Shown: positions 1 through 8,960 of the stretch, in pieces
Layout of the letters: every line of letters begins with the position of its first letter
Position numbering within the stretch: the first letter of the stretch is position 1
NCBI GenBank assembly: GCA_963810935.1
Contig: CAWEPK010000017.1
Coordinates: 170,484-234,483, forward strand
DNA from: an uncultured delta proteobacterium
GTDB taxonomy: Bacteria; Desulfobacterota; Syntrophorhabdia; Syntrophorhabdales; WCHB1-27
Reading direction: 5' to 3'
DNA: 64,000 nucleotides
Notes under the pieces: model-generated
Told to the model about the DNA's origin: nothing
Database searches by the model: none
What the model saw: the letters and a program-made list of their open reading frames with translations, nothing else
Position numbers and translations under genes: made by a program

Positions 1-493
1 GCGCATCCGCGTGCAGACTGCGAAGCTGCCTTCGCCGGAAACCACCGGGAGCAACATCGCCGACCTCCTGGAATACCGGGCGGCACGCATGCGCTCCGGC
101 GGGGAGGCGGGCACGCGCGCGGAGATGTGGCGCGGCCGCGCCGAGGCGGATGCGGGCGGCATGATGAACGCGACCCTGCCTTATCCGCTTTCCCCGGATG
201 ACGATTGTCCCACCCGCATATGGCAGACCCGCTGCCAGGGCGCCGCGGGCGATCCCGCGCAGCGGCCCGGAGGCGCCGGCCGGTGCAGGCAGCCCTGGGA
301 GAGGATGACGGTCCTCTGGAACGGGGACGTGGCGCTATGCACCGCGGACGTCGACGGCACGTACGTACTGGGAAGCCTGCGGAGACAATCGATCGCCGAC
401 ATATGGAACGGGGAACAGTTCTCCACTATCAGGGGCATGCACAAACGCTCCGAATTCAAGACGCTTCCCATATGCGCAGTCTGCGGCCGGTGA
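1..493 (+). CDS. Radical SAM/SPASM-domain protein, C-terminal part (5' end outside window)
   Basis: Frame is open from the window edge (RIRVQTAKLP...). C-terminus has the SPASM/twitch pattern CRQPWERMTVLWNGDVALCTAD...LGSL...IADIWNG...CAVC. Confidence 0.75.
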   Translation, partial: RIRVQTAKLPSPETTGSNIADLLEYRAARMRSGGEAGTRAEMWRGRAEADAGGMMNATLPYPLSPDDDCPTRIWQTRCQGAAGDPAQRPGGAGRCRQPWERMTVLWNGDVALCTADVDGTYVLGSLRRQSIADIWNGEQFSTIRGMHKRSEFKTLPICAVCGR

Positions 494-513
494 AAAAGAG
501 AAAAGAGGGGTAC

Positions 514-1768
514 ATGTCCAGAGGCAAAAGCGTCCTTTCATACTTCGCCGGTTCATTCAAGAGGCTGTTCGCGAGAAATGGGAAGGGCGACCGGAAGACC
601 GTATGCTTCGTCTATTACCAGCACTTCAACGCCCTCATTTACAGGGAGGCGAAGGCGCTTCTGGACCAGGGCCTGCAGACCGACATCATCATCCTGCGCA
701 GAACGCGGCGCGAAAAGATATTTCAGAGCTATGGCGGCATGAACATCTATGCCATCCAGGCAAGGTCTTCCGCCGAGCGCAGCGCGATATCGTATTTCTG
801 GCGTCTCTTGCTTTTCTACATCAAGGCGACGCTGCTGCTCACCTACCTCATGCCGGAGCGGCGCTACAGCGTGGTCCACGTCACCGCCCCGCCCGATGTA
901 ATGGTCTTTTCCGCCATCATCCCCAAGCTCCTGGGCGCCCGCATCATCCTCGACATCCACGATATAGGGCCGGAGCTTTTCATGAGGAAGCTGAACATAG
1001 GCGAGGACCGGTTCCTGGTGCGCGTCATCAAGCTGCTGGAGAGGCTCTCCGCCGCTTTTGCGGACCACGTGATAACCGTCACCGATTTCTGGAAAGACAA
1101 ACTGGCCGAAAGATCGGTAAGACCGTCCAAGCTGACAATGCTCCTGAACGTGCCCGACAACGAGTTATTCAGGCCGGTGGGGCCGCGCCATGCGCGCAGC
1201 TCATTCAACCTCTTCTACCACGGCTCGATCGAGGAGCATTTCGGCCTCGATACGCTTCTCGCGGCTATGCCCGCCATAAAGGACCATATCCCCCGCGTCC
1301 TGCTCCACCTTTATTGCGGCAAAAAAGGGAGGATCTACGCCGATTGCACGAGCCTGATAAAGAAGCTGAAGCTCGGCTCGTACGTGATGTTCCACGAAGC
1401 GGTCCCTTTTTACGAGCCTGCCCCGCACGCTCAGCAGCGCCGACTTGGGGATAGTCCCCACGAAAGGCTCGGTATTCTCCAACGAGGCGGTGAGCATGAA
1501 GGCGCTGGAGTACATCTCCATGGAGATACCGATTGTCATATCGAAGACAAAGGCCCACGCCTTTTACTACGACAACTCTATGGTCAAGTTCTTCGAGCCC
1601 TGCAACTCCGAGGAGCTGGCGAGGGCCGTGGTGGACCTCTTCGATAACGCGGAAGAAAGGGCCCTTCTCGTCAAGAACGCGTCGGCCTTCATGAAAGAAC
1701 ACGGCTGGAACAAGTCCAAAGAGGTCTATTCGAAAATAGTGAACGACCTGATCGCGGGCAAGCAATGA
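514..1768 (+). CDS. Glycosyltransferase family 4 (GT-B), split by an apparent +1 frameshift near 1417
   Basis: ATG 514 follows a GAGGGG RBS. N-half has HVTAPPD, DIHD and ADHVITV. Removing one C at 1417-1418 joins FHEAVPFYE to LPRTLSSADLGIVP...KALEY in ORF 1445-1768. Confidence 0.8.
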
Positions 1769-2970
1769 CCTCATTTCTGCTGTCTATCCCTCTCTTCGCC
1801 GTTTCCCTGTACGTTGCCTGCGTGACGGCATACCTCCTCGTCGTTACGTCGGCCGCCTATTTCTTCAAAAAGAAGGTGGACTACACCGGCCGCCCCTTGC
1901 GGCTCGCGGTAGTCATCCCGGCGCATAACGAAGAAACCCACATAGCGTACACGGTCGAGCGGCTCCACGCGTCGAGTTATCCGAGCGGATCGTATGGGAT
2001 ATTCGTTATTGCGGACAATTGCGAAGACAAGACCGAAGAGCTTGCCCGCCGCGCGGGGGCGCGCGTCTTTAAGCGCACGGACGCCGCCAGGCGCGGCAAG
2101 GGCCAGGCCCTCGACTGGTTCCTGCGCACCCGGCGTCAGGCTTACTCCGCGGCCGACGCTATCGTTATGATAGACGCGGACACGCAGGCCCATCCCGATT
2201 TCCTGAAAGAGATCGCTGCAAGCCTCAAGCACCCCGGCGTTCACGCGGCCCAGGGCTACTACGGGGTCTCCAACGCCTCGGCCCATTGGAGGAGCGGGCT
2301 CGTCTCCGCCGCCTTCCACGTGTTCAACCACTTGAGACCTGCGGGCCATAACTGCCTTGGCGGTACGGCAAGCCTGCGCGGCAACGGCATGGGGTTCAGG
2401 AAAAGCCTGCTGCGCCAGGGATGGCCGGCCCATTCCATAGTGGAAGACTACGAGTTCTCCCTGAGGCTGCTCCTCGACGGCATAGTCGTCCACTACAACC
2501 CCGACGCAATGGTCTTATCCGATATGCCGGTCGATGGGAAGGTCGCCGAAACGCAGCGGATGCGATGGGAAGGCGCGTCCCGCGGGATGAGGGGCACGTT
2601 CATACGCCTCATCTTCAAGCGGTTCATGAGGGAACCCCGCGCCTGCTACATTGACGCCCTCTTCAATTCCTTCGTGCCGCCCCTGGCGCTCCTCGTGATG
2701 GGCCAGGTCGGCTGTCTCGCTGCGGCGCTGGCCTTCCACTCGCGGCTCGCGCTCCCCCTTGCGTGCTGCTTCGCCGTGGACGTCTTTTACGTGCTTTCGG
2801 GGTTGGTCCTGAGGAGGGCCCGCGCAGTCGAATGGCGGAGCCTGCTCTGGGCGCCCTTTTACATCCTTTGGAAGATACCGCTTTATATCAAGATGAGGAA
2901 GGTAGACTCGACTGTCTGGAGACGGACGAAGAGACCGTCCGAGCTTACCGGGGAACAGCGGTCCTTATGA
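1765..2970 (+). CDS. Glycosyltransferase family 2, membrane-associated (cellulose synthase/IcaA-like catalytic domain)
   Basis: VVIPAHNEE, GKGQAL, DAD, VED and QRMRW motifs; N- and C-terminal TM segments; ATGA overlap with the upstream gene. Confidence 0.9.
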   Translation: MTSFLLSIPLFAVSLYVACVTAYLLVVTSAAYFFKKKVDYTGRPLRLAVVIPAHNEETHIAYTVERLHASSYPSGSYGIFVIADNCEDKTEELARRAGARVFKRTDAARRGKGQALDWFLRTRRQAYSAADAIVMIDADTQAHPDFLKEIAASLKHPGVHAAQGYYGVSNASAHWRSGLVSAAFHVFNHLRPAGHNCLGGTASLRGNGMGFRKSLLRQGWPAHSIVEDYEFSLRLLLDGIVVHYNPDAMVLSDMPVDGKVAETQRMRWEGASRGMRGTFIRLIFKRFMREPRACYIDALFNSFVPPLALLVMGQVGCLAAALAFHSRLALPLACCFAVDVFYVLSGLVLRRARAVEWRSLLWAPFYILWKIPLYIKMRKVDSTVWRRTKRPSELTGEQRSL

Positions 2971-3051
2971 GTATTCAACAAAATCGCGCCGCCCGGGCTG
3001 CTCGCCCGCGCCTGAGCCGGCCGACATGTCAACGCATCGGCGGAGGAACGC

Positions 3052-4470
3052 ATGGAAGCCCTGAAGCTCGTTGTCCCGATATATTTATTGATTTTCATTT
3101 TGGGCGGTTTCCGCAATATCAAGATGTTCCTCCTTCTCACCGGGATCGTAACGATGCCCTTCAGGACCACGTACACGATTCTCGATGTAGGGCCTTATAT
3201 CGGCTGGACGAACGGCATTAATATATCCCTCTCGGACGTCTCGTTCATCTGCCTCTTTGCGTACCTCGTTTTCAAGGGGGTAAAATTCGAGGGGGTATCG
3301 CGGAGGCTCACCGCAGCCTGCATGCTGTTCCTCGGCTCGGTGCTCCTCTCGACCATAAACTCGACCTGGATACGCCTCTCGTTCTTCGAGGCGATACTGC
3401 TCGTCCAGGTGTTCTTCCTTTATTATATCGTCCTGACCGCGGCCATCGAGACGGAGAAGGAGCTGCGCATGGTGATGGTCATGCTGATGCTCTCTCTGAT
3501 CCTCCAGGGGGCCCTCGGGACGGCCCAGTACCTTACGGGCAGGGACCTCGACGTGTTTGTCACGGGGACGCCCGTTACCGAGGAATCGGAGGAAGGGCTG
3601 GTCACGCGGGCCTTGGGGACGATAGGGAAACCTAACGGCCTGGCCATGTACGTAGCCCCCCTCATCCTGCTCGTAACGGCCATGATGATGAAAACAAGGG
3701 GCATTTACAGGAAACTGGGAATGTGTGCCGTGGCCCTCGGCGGATCCGCGCTGCTTTTCAGCTTTTCACGGGGCGGCTGGATGGCCTTTGCCATCGCCTT
3801 TCTCATGCTCCTTCTGGCCCTCTCGAAAGGAAAATACGTCAGGGCCAGGGGGCCGCTGCTGGCGCTGGCGGTCGGGGCGGTAGTGGTCTTCTTCTTTTTC
3901 AGCCAGATCGAGGGCCGCTTCGTCAGCCAGGAGGGCGCAGACGCTGCGCAGGACAGGATCTACCTCATCAAGATCGCATGGAACATGATAAAAGACAGCC
4001 CCATCCTGGGCGTCGGGGCGAACACGTTCATGTCGGTCATCGGCAGGTATACGCGCGGGCCCGACTTGCAGTACGTCTACCTGCATATGGTCCACAACCA
4101 GTACCTGCTCGTCTTCGCAGAGACGGGCCTCGTCGGCATACTCGCCTTCCTCTGGCTGATGCTCACCTGCTTCCGCGAGTCCCTCGACTGCACGCGCAGG
4201 AGGTCGAGCGAGCTGGCCCAGACGGTGGGCTTAAGCGCAGGTGCGGGCTTCATGGCGATGTCGATCCACATGATGGTCGACATGTACGCCTCTCCGCTGT
4301 GCCTGAGCCTGCTCTTCGTCTTTTGCAGCCTCTGCTCGGCAGTCAAGAAGATCAAATCGCCCCTTCCTGTCGAACAGCCCCGGACCGGCGGGCCGGCAAT
4401 GACGAACCTTGTGAGGCCTGCTCCGGAAACCGCTTTCGCGGGTGCCGACCCGATCCCGCACCTCTCTTAA
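3052..4470 (+). CDS. O-antigen ligase/Wzy-family membrane protein
   Basis: Multi-TM protein with RALGT..KPN, FSRGGW, PILGVG and HNQYL..AETG motifs; GGAGG RBS. Confidence 0.85.
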   Translation: MEALKLVVPIYLLIFILGGFRNIKMFLLLTGIVTMPFRTTYTILDVGPYIGWTNGINISLSDVSFICLFAYLVFKGVKFEGVSRRLTAACMLFLGSVLLSTINSTWIRLSFFEAILLVQVFFLYYIVLTAAIETEKELRMVMVMLMLSLILQGALGTAQYLTGRDLDVFVTGTPVTEESEEGLVTRALGTIGKPNGLAMYVAPLILLVTAMMMKTRGIYRKLGMCAVALGGSALLFSFSRGGWMAFAIAFLMLLLALSKGKYVRARGPLLALAVGAVVVFFFFSQIEGRFVSQEGADAAQDRIYLIKIAWNMIKDSPILGVGANTFMSVIGRYTRGPDLQYVYLHMVHNQYLLVFAETGLVGILAFLWLMLTCFRESLDCTRRRSSELAQTVGLSAGAGFMAMSIHMMVDMYASPLCLSLLFVFCSLCSAVKKIKSPLPVEQPRTGGPAMTNLVRPAPETAFAGADPIPHLS

Positions 4471-4538
4471 GGACCGCCCCGCCGACCCTTCCGCAGCGAA
4501 ATAATCTTTAATCCATCCTCCGATAACAGTACGAGATA

Positions 4539-5984
4539 ATGCACCAGAGCCACACCTATAACCTGGTCTATAAAAACTCCGCGGTACTCACGTTCCTGAG
4601 GCTCGTCGAGCCTGGCTTAGCCATGGTGGTGATAGTGGCGGTGTCGAGGGTGATGGGGACCGAGGTGATGGGGGGTTACGCCTTTATCGTCACCTTCATC
4701 TCCATGTTCAGCGTTGTCGGCCAGATGGGGCTGCAAGCCCTGCTCACGCGGGAAGTGGCGGCAGACAGGGACAAGTCGTCCTCTTATCTTTCGGCGGCGC
4801 TGCTCCTCGGCCTCGGCAGCTCTATCGTCCTCGCCGTTGCAATGAACGGCCTCAAAGGCTATTTCCACCTATCCCCTTCCGTCAGCCGCGGCGTCTTCCT
4901 GATGAGCCTCAACCTATTCCCCATCTTCGTCATTGCGACGTTCGAGGCCGTTTTCATGGGCTGGGAGCGGACCGACTACATCCTTTTCCAGAACGTGTCC
5001 GGCAACGTCCTTAGGGTGGCGCTCTCCCTTCTTTTCATCCACCTGGGCTTCGGCCTCGTCTCCCTCGTCGTCGCCATCGTCATCTCGACACTCTACTCGG
5101 CCGGGGTCTGCGCATTCACGTACGCGAGGCGCCTCGGGGCCTTGAGCCTCAAGGTGGACACGGGCGTCGCCATGCGCCTCCTCAAGGCGTCTCCGACCTT
5201 TCTCCTCATTACGGTAGTCGCCATACTCTCCGCACGCCTCGACGTGCTCATCCTGACGAAGCTGACGGACATGACCCAGGTTGCGCTGTACGCTGCCGCC
5301 TACAAGCTGTTCGAGGCGACGCTGATCGTCCCGCAGTCGTATATGAAGGCAAGCTTCCCGTACCTTTCCGCGCTCTTCCGGTCAACGCCGGAGGCCCTAA
5401 GCCGGACGAACCGCGACATGCTGAAACACGTCCTCCTCTACGTCTTCCCCACTGCGGCTGCGACGGTCGCCCTGGCGCCCCTTCTGGTCTCGGTCCTTTA
5501 CGGAGGCAAGTTCGCTTCTTCGGCGACGCTCCTGCGCATACTCGCGATAGGCCTCATACCCTGGACAATGGGCAGGACGACGGCCAACATACTGCTTGCC
5601 GTCAACCTCCAGAAATACGACCTCCTGTGCGGGGCCTTCGCCGCCCTTACGAGCATCGCCCTCAACCTCTGGATGATACCGCTATACGGGGCGACGGGCG
5701 CCGCCTTTTCGAGCGCCGCAGCCTGGTCGGTCTTCTTCCTCTGCGAATTATATTTTGCCGGGCGGGCGGGCTATCGCATAGCCGTGGCCGGCGCTTTAGG
5801 CCGTCCGGTCCTCGTGGGGGCCGGGGTCTTCGCGGTCGCGTGGATCGGCACGCTCGGATGGGGCTATGCAGCCTGCGAGTCAGCGTGCCTCGCCGCCGCT
5901 GCCCTGCTCTACCTCAAAGACAACACGCACAGGCAAAAGCTCGCAAAACCCGTCAATCTGTTTATCCAGATATTAAAGGCGTAG
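4539..5984 (+). CDS. Oligosaccharide flippase (Wzx/MOP family)
   Basis: About 12-14 TM segments, RLD..IL...VALYAAAYK and IPLYGATGAA motifs, polysaccharide-locus context. Confidence 0.85.
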   Translation: MHQSHTYNLVYKNSAVLTFLRLVEPGLAMVVIVAVSRVMGTEVMGGYAFIVTFISMFSVVGQMGLQALLTREVAADRDKSSSYLSAALLLGLGSSIVLAVAMNGLKGYFHLSPSVSRGVFLMSLNLFPIFVIATFEAVFMGWERTDYILFQNVSGNVLRVALSLLFIHLGFGLVSLVVAIVISTLYSAGVCAFTYARRLGALSLKVDTGVAMRLLKASPTFLLITVVAILSARLDVLILTKLTDMTQVALYAAAYKLFEATLIVPQSYMKASFPYLSALFRSTPEALSRTNRDMLKHVLLYVFPTAAATVALAPLLVSVLYGGKFASSATLLRILAIGLIPWTMGRTTANILLAVNLQKYDLLCGAFAALTSIALNLWMIPLYGATGAAFSSAAAWSVFFLCELYFAGRAGYRIAVAGALGRPVLVGAGVFAVAWIGTLGWGYAACESACLAAAALLYLKDNTHRQKLAKPVNLFIQILKA

Positions 5985-5990
5985 CATTCC

Positions 5991-7223
5991 GTGAAGCTCG
6001 CTTACCTCAGCAACTACTTCCCTTCCCTTACCGAGACCTTCATCTACCGCGAGGTCATCGAGCTTGCCCGCCGCGGCATCCCCGTCTCCATTTATTCCCT
6101 GCGCAAGCCGCCGCCCTCCTCGATCTCGCAGGAGTCCCGCGCACTGTCCGATGCCGCCTTCTACCTGCTGCCCGTTCCTTTACGCACGCTCGTCGCAAGC
6201 CATGCCCGGCTCTTCCTGCGCCACCCGCTCAGGTATACATCCACCCTTTTCAAGATGCTCGCCGGCAAACACGCCCGCGCCAGGGACCGCCTTCGCAGCC
6301 TCATGCATTTCGGCGAGGGCGCACCGCTGGCGGAAAAGATGCTCCGCGACGGGGTCGGCCACATACACGCGCATTTCGCCTCTCAATCCGCTTCCGTCGC
6401 CAGGGTGGTCCACCTCCTGACCCGCATCCCGTACAGCTTCACGGGGCACGCGCACGACATCTGGCAGGACCGCCTCCTGATGCCCGAAAAACTGGCCGAG
6501 GCGGCTTTTGTCGTCACGTGCTCGGACAATGCCAGGCGCTCGCTCCTGGCCGATGCGCCGCGCGACGCGCAACCGAAAGTGCACCTCGTCTACCACGGCC
6601 TCGATGTGGACAACTTCCCCCACTGCAATGGGGACGGACGGGAGAAAAACCTTATCCTCTCCATAGGCCGCCTCACACAGACAAAGGGCTTCCCCGACCT
6701 TATAGCTGCCTGCGGCCTCCTTGCGGCCGGGGGCTTGCCTTTCCGGTGCGTGATCGTCGGGGAGGGAGAGGAGCGGCCGCGCCTCGAAGCCATGATCGAC
6801 CAAAGCAATCTCTCCGGCAAGGTGAGTCTCGCGGGCGCCTTGCGACAGGAAGAGATACGCGCGTACTACAGGCGGGCCTGGGTCTTCGCTCTGCCCTGCG
6901 TTGACGCCCCCGACGGAAACCGCGACGGCATCCCGAACGTGCTCATGGAGGCCATGGCGAGCGGGGTGCCTGTAATCGCGACCGCAAATTCGGGACAGGC
7001 CGAGCTTATCAGGCACGGCACGGACGGCCTGCTCGTACCCGTCCATTCGCCGGACCGGCTCGCAGAAGCCATCGCAGCCGTCTGCTCCGGCGGCGGCTTG
7101 AGGGAGGCGCTTGCCGCATCCGCAAGGAAGCGCATCCTGGATGATTTCGACAACAGGATAACGATAGAACCGCTGGTTGCGCTCCTACGACGCTTCGTCT
7201 TCGACGGACGAATAAAGGTTTAG
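5991..7223 (+). CDS. Glycosyltransferase family 4 (WcaL-like)
   Basis: FPSLTETFI, HIHAHFA, HAHDI, GRL...KG and DGIPNVLMEAMASG motifs. Confidence 0.9.
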   Translation: MKLAYLSNYFPSLTETFIYREVIELARRGIPVSIYSLRKPPPSSISQESRALSDAAFYLLPVPLRTLVASHARLFLRHPLRYTSTLFKMLAGKHARARDRLRSLMHFGEGAPLAEKMLRDGVGHIHAHFASQSASVARVVHLLTRIPYSFTGHAHDIWQDRLLMPEKLAEAAFVVTCSDNARRSLLADAPRDAQPKVHLVYHGLDVDNFPHCNGDGREKNLILSIGRLTQTKGFPDLIAACGLLAAGGLPFRCVIVGEGEERPRLEAMIDQSNLSGKVSLAGALRQEEIRAYYRRAWVFALPCVDAPDGNRDGIPNVLMEAMASGVPVIATANSGQAELIRHGTDGLLVPVHSPDRLAEAIAAVCSGGGLREALAASARKRILDDFDNRITIEPLVALLRRFVFDGRIKV

Positions 7224-7263
7224 ATGGTAATGTAATTCAAGCCGGGAACAGTAAGACGCAGAT

Positions 7264-7296
7264 AAAAAAACAGGGGGCCTTTTCAGGCCCCCTGTT
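7264..7296. terminator. Intrinsic terminator between the convergent GT4 and porin genes, probably bidirectional
   Basis: Perfect 12-bp stem AACAGGGGGCCT-tttc-AGGCCCCCTGTT, with an A-run on the left (U-tail for the minus strand). Confidence 0.8.
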
Positions 7297-7327
7297 GTGT
7301 TGCAAGTGTTGCTGTCAGGCTCGCCTC

Positions 7328-8746
7328 TTAGAAGAAATAGAAGAGGGCTACCCTTGCCTGCTGTACGGAACCGACGTTGCTCAGAGGGACGCCATTGTAG
7401 CCGGTCATCTGGCCGTTGGCCGGTGCAGCGTTGCCGCCGTTGTTCAGGCCGTACTGGTCGAAGTTGGTCTTTATGTACGTATACTCGAAGGCCACCCTGA
7501 CCGCCGGGTTCACGTCATAGAAGAGGTTCCCGATATACTGCTGGTTAATCCTGATCTGGTTCGGGAACTGTCTCTGGTAAGCCTGGCTGACATAGTTATC
7601 CAGAATGCCGTATATGCCGTTGAAATAAAGCTTATCCGTGAAATAGTAGCTGATCTGGCCCCAGCCGCCGGCCGATACGGGCACTGCATAGTTTATAGGC
7701 GTAGTCGTTGAAGCAAGGCCGCCAATGTTCCCCTGGTTGTAGGAGATGAGGGAGCCGATGTTCCTGGCGCCGAGGAGCCAGTTGGAGAGGTTCTGGCCCG
7801 AAAAAACCTGGCCCGACACTGACAGAGCGCCGGCCTTGTTCAGGTTCTTCTCGGGAATGATGGGTATGTAGCCCTTGAAAACAGCCATCCACCTGTTAAC
7901 GTTGCCAGTGGCGTAGGTGTTCTTCGATGTGGGATCCAGATAGATGACCTTGTCCTGCCCCCACATGCCGCCGACGCCGAACTGCAGGGCATTTACGCCG
8001 ATCTTACCGCAGGCATCCGACTTGAAGCCGATCTCGCCTGTCACGTCGGGGATCTCGCTGGTCACCCTGACGGTCGCGGTATTCTGACCGACGGTGGTGT
8101 TTTGCGGGCCCTGGGCTGCGCCCAAGTTCGCGGAACCGCCTATCTGGTCCTTCATGTTGTACGGCTCCTGGATGCCGAACGAGGCATAGAAGCTCTTTGA
8201 GAAGTTCTGGATCAACGTGATCTGCGGGACGGTGTTGCCGCGGCCCGAGAGCAGCAGGTCATAGAGGCCTATGAAGTTGTAGGTAGGCAGGAAGCCCCAC
8301 GACTGCCAGTTCTGGCCGACGATCAACTTCGTGTTCGCCCATGTGAAGTCCGCATACGCATGGGTCAGAGTGAATGTGCCGTACCTCGTGCCAGAGTAAC
8401 CGTTGTTGTTCGTCTGGCCGACGAAGTTCCCCTGGATAAAAGCTGTGGTCTTGGCGCCCCACGTATCCGGGCCTTTGACCAGGAAGTTCAGCGCCGTCTG
8501 GCCGGTGGCCATGGCGAAGCTGCCGCCTTTGTTAGAGGCATTCTGGCTGCCCGTATTGTTGTTGCGGTCTGCGAAATACTCTTCGAGACCCGCCGGCGAC
8601 GGGCCTGCCGCCTGGCTCGTGTAACCCGCATCCACCTTTACGTAGCCGCCGATGGTCAGGTCCCATCTGCTCGTCGCGCTTCCGGCGAAGCTGATGGCAG
8701 GAACTGCCAAAAGTAAAACGAGAAAAAACAGTAACGCTTTCTTCAT
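7328..8746 (-). CDS. Outer-membrane beta-barrel porin (DcaP-like)
   Basis: Signal peptide, LTIGGYVKVD first strand, alternating amphipathic strands, C-terminal aromatic BAM signal (ALFYFF), AGGAGG RBS. Confidence 0.75.
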   Translation of the reverse strand: MKKALLFFLVLLLAVPAISFAGSATSRWDLTIGGYVKVDAGYTSQAAGPSPAGLEEYFADRNNNTGSQNASNKGGSFAMATGQTALNFLVKGPDTWGAKTTAFIQGNFVGQTNNNGYSGTRYGTFTLTHAYADFTWANTKLIVGQNWQSWGFLPTYNFIGLYDLLLSGRGNTVPQITLIQNFSKSFYASFGIQEPYNMKDQIGGSANLGAAQGPQNTTVGQNTATVRVTSEIPDVTGEIGFKSDACGKIGVNALQFGVGGMWGQDKVIYLDPTSKNTYATGNVNRWMAVFKGYIPIIPEKNLNKAGALSVSGQVFSGQNLSNWLLGARNIGSLISYNQGNIGGLASTTTPINYAVPVSAGGWGQISYYFTDKLYFNGIYGILDNYVSQAYQRQFPNQIRINQQYIGNLFYDVNPAVRVAFEYTYIKTNFDQYGLNNGGNAAPANGQMTGYNGVPLSNVGSVQQARVALFYFF

Positions 8747-8821
8747 GCTTCCCTCCTTGTCGATTGTTGTGAAACCTGTGCCTCCGCCAAAAAATAAGCC
8801 TCCTTTTCTTAACGGTTTTTA

Positions 8822-8851
8822 ATCTTACCGAGCATGTAAACCCCTTGTCAA
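8822..8851 (-). promoter_or_regulatory. Sigma70-type promoter for the porin
   Basis: Minus strand TTGACA (8851-8846), 18-nt spacer, TAAGAT (8827-8822) in an AT-rich intergenic region. Confidence 0.55.
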
Positions 8852-8960
8852 GAAAAAACGTTAAAAATTCTTAATCAGACTTAAAGTTTTTTAAGGCGCC
8901 TGAGGGCCGCTCTGCCGGGGGCTCCCCTCCGACAAGGCCAAGGTGAAGGCGGGCAGGGCC

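Noticed and set aside
205..513. N-terminal extension of the 480-aa ORF
   Set aside because: Overlaps the SPASM gene in another frame; a proper RBS and ATG lie at 514.
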